Assembly: GCA_016719605.1 (NCBI GenBank)
Contig: JADJYW010000029.1
Coordinates: 260,612 to 324,611, forward strand
DNA length: 64,000 nucleotides
Direction: 5' to 3'
Source: Lewinellaceae bacterium
GTDB lineage: Bacteria; Bacteroidota; Bacteroidia; Chitinophagales; Saprospiraceae
The position numbers were made by a program, and so were the translations under genes. The notes under the pieces were generated by a model that was not told the origin of the DNA, made no database searches, and worked only from the letters and a program-made list of their open reading frames with translations. Below are positions 29,719 to 37,400 of the stretch, piece after piece (position 1 is the stretch's first letter; every line of letters starts with the position of its first letter).

Positions 29719-31989
29719 TTACAGCACCTGCAATTTTGCAAACCGCAGCACGATGCGCCGCTCCGGCAGATCGTCATTTTTGAATTGAATCGTGGCCACC
29801 TTGTTTGCTGCCGGCCCTTCCACGCTCATGACCTGGCCTTCCCCAAACTTGAGATGCAGCACCGTAGCCCCGGGCACGACGGCTTCGGTGGGCGAAGCAG
29901 CAAAATTGGCGGGTACCGCCGTGCCGGCCGGCGCCGGTTGGCGCGGTTTGGCAAAATAACCCGAAACGCTCGCACGCGGGCTGCCGCCGCTGCCGGCCAT
30001 GGCGCTTTGCCGTGCCGTACCAAACCCGCCGAGTAATTCAAAGTGCTCGCTGCTGATTTCTTCCAGAAAACGGGATGGTTCACATTCGCGCACCTGCCCG
30101 TAGCGGTAGCGGGTTTTGGCGTAGGAAATGGTGAGCAATTCCTTGGCCCGCGTGACGGCAACATAGAACAGGCGACGCTCCTCGTCCAGGCCATTCGGAT
30201 CCTCGAACGACATGAACGACGGGAACAGATTTTCTTCCAAACCGGTCACGAACACACTGCGGTACTCCAGTCCCTTGGCCGAGTGGGTACTCATCAGGGT
30301 GATGAAGTCCGAATCGTCGGCGGCCTGATCCGCATCGGTGAGCAGGCTGATCGTTTGGAGGTAGGCGGCAAGCGAGCGTTCGGTAGTGTCGCTTTCCGGG
30401 GTGCTGAGTTGGTTATCGGTGAACTCGCTGATGGCATCCAGCACGGCGTTGGCGTTTTCGAGGCGGCTGATACCCTCGGGTGTTGGGTCGCTCTTGAGCG
30501 CATCGAGCAGTCCCGACTGGCGGAGGATGTCGGAAGCGAGTTTAGAGGCCGGATCGGTGGCGGATCGGCGCTGCCAGTTTTCCACCATACTCCGAAACGC
30601 GGCGAGCGCCTTGCGGGCGCGGTCGGGCACATCCACAAAAAGCATGGAATCCCAGGCAGTCATGTTGTGCGCACCGGCATATTGGCTGATCTTGTCCACC
30701 GTAGCAGTACTGATGCCCCGGGTCGGGTAATTGATAACCCGGCGCAGGGCTTCTTCATCGCCGGCGTTGACGGCAAGACGCAGGTAGGCCACGAGGTCTT
30801 TCACTTCTTTTCTTTGATAAAACGACAGTCCGCCGAACACGCGATAGGGCAGGTTCAGGCGGCGCAGGTGTTCCTCAAATTTGCGGCTCTGGGCATTGGT
30901 GCGGTACAGAATAGCAATTTCGGCGTTGGCCAGGTGGTACCGGTGCTTCTGTTCCAGAATCAGGTCGGCCACCCGGCGCCCCTCCTCGTCGTCGCTTATG
31001 CATTTGAGCAGTTTGATCTTGTGTCGGTCTTCTCGATCGGTCCAGATCGTTTTCTGGAGTTGGCGGCGGTTGTAGGAAATAACCTCGTTGGCTGCCGACA
31101 CGATGTGGTGGGTGCTGCGGTAGTTCTGTTCGAGTTTGAAGGTTTGCAGGGTCGGGTAATCTTTTTCGAAGTCGAGGATATTGTCAATCGTGGCGCCGCG
31201 GAAGGCATAGATGCTCTGGGCATCGTCGCCCACAATGAACACGTTTTCGGGGCTGCCGTCATACTTCACCAGGCGCCGCACAATGGCATACTGGAGGAAG
31301 TTGGTATCCTGAAATTCGTCCACATGGATGTAGCGAAATTTTTGCTGATACTTTTCGGCTACATCGGCATGGTCGCGCAGGAGTCGGTAGAGTTGGAGCA
31401 ACAGGTCGTCGAAGTCCATCGCGCCGGAGCGCTGGCAGCGCGCGGTGTATTTTTCGTAGATATCCGCGATGTAGGGGCGCTTGGCCTGGCGGTCTTGCTG
31501 CATCATATCGGCATTAGCGCGGTAGGCCTTGGGGGTAATCAGGTTGCTCTTGGCTAAGGAAATACGCGAGCGGATAGCGCCCGCATTGTAGGCCTGCGGG
31601 TCGAGGTTCATTTCCTTGATGATCGTGCGCAGGAGGCTCGTCGTATCATCGGTGTCATACACGGAAAAATTGGACGGGAAGCCGATTTTTTGTGCTTCAG
31701 CCCGAAGGATGCGCGCAAAAACCGAGTGAAATGTGCCGGCCCACACCTGCTGGGCCTTGGGGCCAACAACCCGCTCAATACGTTCCTTCATCTCGCGTGC
31801 GGCTTTGTTGGTGAACGTCAACGCCAGAATTTGCCAGGGCGACACACCCTGCTCCAGCAGGTGCGCAATGCGGTAGGTCAGTACCCGCGTTTTGCCGGAA
31901 CCCGGGCCGGCAATGACCAGCACCGGGCCTTCCGTGGCGGTTACGGCCGCGCGTTGAATTGGGTTGAGCTCGTCGAGATAATGTGCCAT
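29719..31989 (-). CDS. ATP-dependent DNA helicase, UvrD/PcrA/Rep family
   Basis: LNPIQRAAVTATEGPVLVIAGPGSGKTRVLTYRIAHLL (motifs Q/I), FTNKAAREM, HVDEFQDTN, and a TISYAKTRYRYGQ C-terminal region. Confidence 0.9.
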   Translation of the reverse strand: MAHYLDELNPIQRAAVTATEGPVLVIAGPGSGKTRVLTYRIAHLLEQGVSPWQILALTFTNKAAREMKERIERVVGPKAQQVWAGTFHSVFARILRAEAQKIGFPSNFSVYDTDDTTSLLRTIIKEMNLDPQAYNAGAIRSRISLAKSNLITPKAYRANADMMQQDRQAKRPYIADIYEKYTARCQRSGAMDFDDLLLQLYRLLRDHADVAEKYQQKFRYIHVDEFQDTNFLQYAIVRRLVKYDGSPENVFIVGDDAQSIYAFRGATIDNILDFEKDYPTLQTFKLEQNYRSTHHIVSAANEVISYNRRQLQKTIWTDREDRHKIKLLKCISDDEEGRRVADLILEQKHRYHLANAEIAILYRTNAQSRKFEEHLRRLNLPYRVFGGLSFYQRKEVKDLVAYLRLAVNAGDEEALRRVINYPTRGISTATVDKISQYAGAHNMTAWDSMLFVDVPDRARKALAAFRSMVENWQRRSATDPASKLASDILRQSGLLDALKSDPTPEGISRLENANAVLDAISEFTDNQLSTPESDTTERSLAAYLQTISLLTDADQAADDSDFITLMSTHSAKGLEYRSVFVTGLEENLFPSFMSFEDPNGLDEERRLFYVAVTRAKELLTISYAKTRYRYGQVRECEPSRFLEEISSEHFELLGGFGTARQSAMAGSGGSPRASVSGYFAKPRQPAPAGTAVPANFAASPTEAVVPGATVLHLKFGEGQVMSVEGPAANKVATIQFKNDDLPERRIVLRFAKLQVL

Positions 31990-31997
31990 ATCGGATA

Positions 31998-32359
31998 GGT
32001 TGAGAAAGGGTTAAGAAGGTTGAGAGGGTACTGATTTTGAGCGTGTTCAGAAAACTGTGTCAACGGTGTTTTTCCAACCTTGGAACGCCGCGCGCGGGTC
32101 TTTTGACCTACGGTATGCACACAACTGGAGTTTGTTTTAAATAGATTGCAGTGTTTTGAAATTCAAATGTTTAGAAAAAGCCCCTCCCAAGGGGGGGGGG
32201 GGGGGTTGACACGCGCGACGAGAACGCACTAAATCATTGAAAACCATAGTATTTTGAACACTCCCCTGATTTTTGAGCACTCTCCCCACTCCCCGGCAAA
32301 GTTAGAAAGTAAATACCCCCTCTTCACCTGCCCAACCTTCTCCACCATTTTTCTCAACC
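31998..32359. repeat. intergenic element bracketed by imperfect ~35-45-bp inverted repeats (MITE-like), containing a G15 tract
   Basis: The left end ggttgagaaagggttaagaaggttgagagggta matches the reverse complement of the right end, ggttgagaaaaatggtggagaaggttgggcaggtgaagagggggta. Internal direct repeats ctgattttgagc / ctgatttttgagc are also present. Confidence 0.35.
32191..32205. repeat. poly-G homopolymer (15 G) preceded by cccctccc
   Basis: Read directly: cccctcccaaggggggggggggggg. Confidence 0.9.
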
Positions 32360-32395
32360 GCCACAAACCGTACTTTCGCGCCAAAAGCATTACAG

Positions 32396-33496
32396 ATGAC
32401 TTCTATCCTGCAAAAATACGCCGCGCTGCTTACCCACTACTGCCTGCGCGTGCAGCCGGGCGACAAGGTTTTTATCAGCACGACCACCCTGGCCGAGCCG
32501 CTCCTGCGGGAGGTCTATCGCGAGGCGCTGGCCGCCGGGGCCGCACTGGTCGAATGCGATCTGGCATTCCGCGAGCGCGAGCGCATCCTGCTGGAGCACG
32601 GCTCCAACGACGCCCTGCGCACGCCGCCGACACTGACAAAACTAGGCATGGAAACATTCGATTGCTACCTCAACATCCGGGCCCCGTTCAACCTGCGCGA
32701 AATGCAAAACGCCCCCGCCGACCGCACCGCCATCCGCCAGGAAACACTCAAGCCGATCAACAAAGCCTACTTCGAGCGCATCGCCGACAAAAGCCTGCGC
32801 CGCAACTTGTGCCAGTACCCCACCGATGCGTCCGCGCAGGAAGCGGGCATGAGCCTGAGCGAGTACGAGCAGTTTGTGTTCGGCGCTTGCAAACTTTTTG
32901 AAGACGATCCCATGCAGGCCTGGCTTCAGGTGCGTGCCGTCCAACAGCGTATCGTGGACCACCTGAACGGCTGCTCCGCCATGCGGTATGTCACCGAAGG
33001 CACCGATATTTCCTTTTCCACCAACGGCCGCACCTGGATCAATTCCGACGGCCAAAACAACATGCCTTCCGGCGAAGTATTCACCAGCCCGGTGGAGGAC
33101 AGCGCAAACGGAACCGTCCGGTTCTCGTATCCGGGCATTTACCAGGGCCACGAGGTGGAAGAGGTTATGCTCTGGGTGAAAGACGGGTTTATCGAAAAAT
33201 GGGAGGCCCGACGAGGACAGGATTTTCTCGACCGACTTTTCCAGACGCCCGGCACGCGCCGTTTCGGCGAAGCCGCCATCGGAACCAACTACGGCATCAC
33301 GCAAATGACCAAAAATATCCTCTTCGACGAAAAAATCGGAGGCACCATGCACATGGCTATCGGCCAAAGCTACCTGCAGTGCGGCGGCAAAAATGAATCC
33401 ACCGTGCACTGGGACATGATCACCGATATGACCCAAGGGGGAGAAGTATGGGCCGATGGGGAGTTGATCTACAAAGACGGGAAGTTTTTGATTTGA
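32396..33496 (+). CDS. M29-family aminopeptidase (AmpS/PepS-like)
   Basis: 366 aa. The sequence YAALLTHYCLRVQPGDKVFISTTTLAEPLLREVYREALAAGA ... NMPSGEVFTSPVEDSANG ... HMAIGQSY fits the aminopeptidase T/S family pattern. Confidence 0.75.
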   Translation: MTSILQKYAALLTHYCLRVQPGDKVFISTTTLAEPLLREVYREALAAGAALVECDLAFRERERILLEHGSNDALRTPPTLTKLGMETFDCYLNIRAPFNLREMQNAPADRTAIRQETLKPINKAYFERIADKSLRRNLCQYPTDASAQEAGMSLSEYEQFVFGACKLFEDDPMQAWLQVRAVQQRIVDHLNGCSAMRYVTEGTDISFSTNGRTWINSDGQNNMPSGEVFTSPVEDSANGTVRFSYPGIYQGHEVEEVMLWVKDGFIEKWEARRGQDFLDRLFQTPGTRRFGEAAIGTNYGITQMTKNILFDEKIGGTMHMAIGQSYLQCGGKNESTVHWDMITDMTQGGEVWADGELIYKDGKFLI

Positions 33497-33502
33497 TTTT
33501 TT

Positions 33503-33606
33503 TACCGCAGAGACGCAGAGACGCGGAGGGGGGGGGTACCGCAGAGACGCGGAGTTTTTTAATAACTTGACTATCAAAACCTCCGCGCCTCTGCGTCTCT
33601 GCGGTG
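33503..33606. repeat. GAGACGCGGAG-type hairpin element (two direct copies plus one inverted copy, G9 tract) between convergent genes
   Basis: Copies taccgcagagacgcagagacgcggagg, then G9, then taccgcagagacgcggag, then ..., then cctccgcgcctctgcgtctctgcggtg. It probably also acts as a bidirectional terminator. Confidence 0.65.
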
Positions 33607-33612
33607 CATTGA

Positions 33613-34353
33613 TCACCGTTTTTCAAACAACCACCAGGACGGTTTGCGCCGCACAATGCGGTAGTTTTCAAACAGGTACTTACGGATGTGCGTAACGGCC
33701 TCCTCGGGGTCGTCGGTGAACAGCAGCAAGTCGAGGTCTTCCGGGGAAATGGTACCTTCCTTGACCATGATGTCCAGAAACTCGCGCAGCTCCCGGTAAA
33801 ACTCCGTACCCATGACCACTATGGGAAAATCACCGATTTTGCGGGTCTGGATCAGGGTCAGGGTTTCAAAAAATTCATCCATCGTACCGAAGCCGCCGGG
33901 CAAGATGACGAAGGCGTAGGAGTACTTGACCAGCAGAACCTTGCGGATAAAAAAATAACGGAAGAGGACAAATTTGTCCAGGTACGGGTTTTCTGTTTGC
34001 TCGTGCGGCAGGATGATGTTGCACCCGATCGAGTGCCCACCGGCCTCGCGGGCGCCGCGGTTAGCGGCCTCCATGATGCCCGGCCCGCCGCCGGTCATGA
34101 TCGCCAAACCCAGGTCGCTGGAAATATGGGCGCTCACCTGTCGGGCCAGTTCGTAGTAGCGGTGCCCTTCTTTGAACCGCGCAGAACCGAAAACCGTGAT
34201 TGCCGGCCCTACAAAATGCAGGGCGCGAATGCCTTTTACAAATTCCCAAAAAACCCGAAAAATAAACCCGAGTTCGTAGGTGCGGCTCTTCGGACCTTCG
34301 AGCCATACCGATTCGTTTCGATTGATGAGGGGGCGACGACGCGATGTAGCCAT
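33613..34353 (-). CDS. LOG-family protein (TIGR00730-type, cytokinin riboside 5-prime-monophosphate phosphoribohydrolase-like)
   Basis: Motifs GGGPGIMEAANRGA and ILPGGFGTMDEFFE (PGGxGTxxE) are diagnostic of the LOG/lysine-decarboxylase-like family. Confidence 0.8.
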   Translation of the reverse strand: MATSRRRPLINRNESVWLEGPKSRTYELGFIFRVFWEFVKGIRALHFVGPAITVFGSARFKEGHRYYELARQVSAHISSDLGLAIMTGGGPGIMEAANRGAREAGGHSIGCNIILPHEQTENPYLDKFVLFRYFFIRKVLLVKYSYAFVILPGGFGTMDEFFETLTLIQTRKIGDFPIVVMGTEFYRELREFLDIMVKEGTISPEDLDLLLFTDDPEEAVTHIRKYLFENYRIVRRKPSWWLFEKR

Positions 34354-34412
34354 TTCGTATTTTTGTTGTTTGAGCCAATTTCAAAATAAAGCGGTCAACA
34401 GGCAGAATCGGG

Positions 34413-37400
34413 TTAGTTGACCTCCACATGGATTCCTACCAGCACCTCGTCTTCCAGTTCCACTTTTTCGCCGCCGTCCAGGGTGTCGGCCAAAACCAGA
34501 TCCGTAGCCAGCACCTCGGACTTGATGTAGTCGTGGAATTTTTCGACCGCATCCAACAAGGCAGGGTGACGCTCCAGCGTGACGATGACGCGGTCGGTCA
34601 CGTTGAAATTTTTGTCCTTGCGGATGTTCTGGATGCGGTTGACGAGGTCGCGCGCGGTGCCTTCGGCGAGCAGTTCGGGTGTCAACGTCACGTCCAGCGC
34701 CACCGTCAGTTCGCCAGCCGTAGCCGTTTTCCAGCCGGGCAAATCTTCTGTGCTCACGATCATGTCGTCCGGCGTGAGCGTGTAGGTATTGCCGTTGAGG
34801 ACGACTTCCAGTACGCCGGATTTTTCCAATGCACTGATTTCTTCGTTGGAGAAATTGGCGATCAGTGTTGCCGCATCTTTCATGTCCTTGCCGAGTTTGC
34901 CGCCGAGCGTTTTGAAATTTGCCTTGGCGCCTTTTTTCAGCAGGCCCGACGCATCGGTGATGTACTCGATTTGCTTCACGTTGATTTCCGACAGGATCAG
35001 GTCTTTCACGCCGTCCACTTCGGCGATGAACGCCTCGTCGAGCACCGGCAGCAGGATTTTTTGCAGGGGCAGGCGTACGCGCAGTTTTTCCTTTTTGCGG
35101 ATACTCAGCGCCAGCGAGCAAATGCGCTGGGCGTAGTCCATGCGTTTTTCCAGCGCCGCATCCACCTTGGCGGAATCGGGGAGGGTCAGGTCGGTGAGGT
35201 GTACGGAGTCGTGGCGCAGCGGGGTGTTGTGGGCTTTGGCCGCGTCTTTTATCGGTGCAGTCAGGTTGCGGTACAGCCAATCGGCGAAGTGCGGCGCGAC
35301 GGAAGCCATGAGTTGACCGGTCACCAGGAGACACTCGAATAAGGTCTGGTACGCGGCTAATTTGTCTTCCCCCATTTCGCCTTTCCAGAAACGCCGGCGC
35401 GAGAGGCGGACGAACCAGTTGGACAGGTGTTCGTCCACAAAATCCTCGATGGCGCGGCAGGCGCGGGTCACGTCGTAGTCGTCCATGGCCGCGTGGTAAT
35501 CGGCCACGAGCGAGTACAGTTTGGAGATGACCCAGCGGTCGAGCTCGGTGCGCTGGTGATAGGGCAGCACGTTTTGCTCATCCATTTTGAAGCCGTCGAG
35601 GTTGGCGTACAGGGCAAAGAAGTTGTAGGTGTTGTACAGGGTGCCGAACAGTTTGTTGCGCACCTCGGTGATGCCTTCTTCGTTGAATTTCAGGTTGTCC
35701 CACGGGTTGGCGTTGGCCATCATGTACCAGCGGGTAGCATCGGCGCCGTACTCTTCGATGGTCACGAAAGGGTCCACGACATTGCCCTTGGACTTGGACA
35801 TTTTGTTGCCTTCTTTGTCCAGTACGAGGCCGTTGGAGACCACGTTTTTGAAGGCCACCGAGTCGAATACCATCGTAGCGATGGCGTGCAGAGTGTAAAA
35901 CCAGCCGCGGGTTTGGTCCACGCCTTCGGCGATGAAGTCGGCCGGAAAGTTGTTTTTGAAAATTTCCTGATTTTCAAACGGGTAGTGCCACTGCGCGTAC
36001 GGCATGGAGCCGGAGTCAAACCAGACGTCAATCAAATCCAGTTCGCGGCGCATGGGTTTGCCGGAGGGAGAGACGAGGATGATATCGTCAATGTAGGGGC
36101 GGTGGAGATCAGCCTCACCCCCCGGCCCCCTCTCCAAAGGAGAGGGGGAGACGAAGAGTGAATCAGCCCTACTCTCCCCCTCTCCTTTGGAGAGGGGGCC
36201 GGGGGGTGAGGCAAGGACGCGGCGCAAATCGGTCAAAACATCATTTAACGCGTTCATTACTTGCTGATTCGCAAACCGAATTACCCGGAATCCGGCGCTA
36301 TTCAGATATGCTGTCCTCGCTTCATCAAATTCTTTTTGTTCGTCTCTATTGTGGTACTCGCCGTCCACTTCAACAACTAATTTTGCAGAAATGCATGCAA
36401 AGTCAGCGATAAAAGAACCAATCTGGTGTTGTCTGCGGAACTTGAAGCCATCCAGTTTTCGATTGCGAAGTGCTTGCCAAAGCACCTCTTCGGCTTCGGT
36501 CGGCGATTTTCGATTATCTCTGCCGTGTGTTTTTAAAATATGCCAGATTGTTTTATCGCCGGTAAATACGAATTGGGAAAGTGCATCTGCATGATCATCA
36601 TCCGATGAAACCCGAGTTTTGTACGGATTCTCCTGCATCAACCCTGCCGCCACTGCCTTCTCCACCTCTGCCCGCAACTGCTCCACCGACCCGATGCACA
36701 ACTCCTCTTCCGCATCCTCGGTGCGCCAGATGGGCAGCGGTACGCCCCAATACCGCGAGCGACTGAGGTTCCAGTCTTGCAGGTTTTCGAGCCATTGGCC
36801 GAAACGCCCGGTACCGGTGCTGGCGGGTTTCCAGTTGATGGTCTTGTTCAGTTCTGCCATGCGCTCTTTGGCCGCCGAGGCGCGTACAAACCAGGAATCG
36901 AGCGGGTAGTACAGCACAGGCTTGTCGGTGCGCCAGCAGTGGGGATAGGTGTGTTTGTATTTTTCGATTTTGAACGCCTTGTTATCCTCCTTCAGGCGCA
37001 GCGCGATGAGCAGGTCGGTGGGTTTGAAATCCTTGTCTTTTTGCACCTCGGCGGGGTAGTACTCGGACTTGACGAAGCGGCCGCCGAATTCCGGCACCTC
37101 GTCCACAAACTTGCCCTGCCGGTCCACGAGCGGAAAGGGTAGATCGGGCGCTTTTGGATTGGACAAGCCGATGAACGGCACGCCCGCAGCCTTGCTGGCC
37201 CGGAAGTCGTCGGCGCCAAAGTAGGGCGCCGTGTGCACCACGCCGGTACCATCCTCGGTGGTTACCCAGTCGCCGGGAATGACGCGGAAGGCATTGGCTT
37301 CCAGTTCGGGTGTGCTCGCGGCGGGTGTGGGCAGGAGTTGTTCGTACCGGATACCGACGAGGGCGCTGCCTGTGCGGTACGGCAGTTTTTTGTCGCCGAC

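Noticed and set aside
29719-31989. The UvrD-like helicase as part of a defence system (e.g. Gabija GajB-like)
   Set aside because: It has full-length canonical PcrA/UvrD motifs and length. No OLD/ATPase-nuclease partner gene is adjacent, and the neighbours are lpxD and an aminopeptidase.
36111-36612. The ileS insertion as a classical intein
   Set aside because: The N-junction (…NPYKTR/VSSDD…) has no Cys/Ser/Thr nucleophile. The C-junction (…GPGGEA/DLHRPY) has no His-Asn followed by Cys/Ser/Thr. No Hint-domain blocks are visible, and the embedded domain is DUF559-like rather than LAGLIDADG or HNH.
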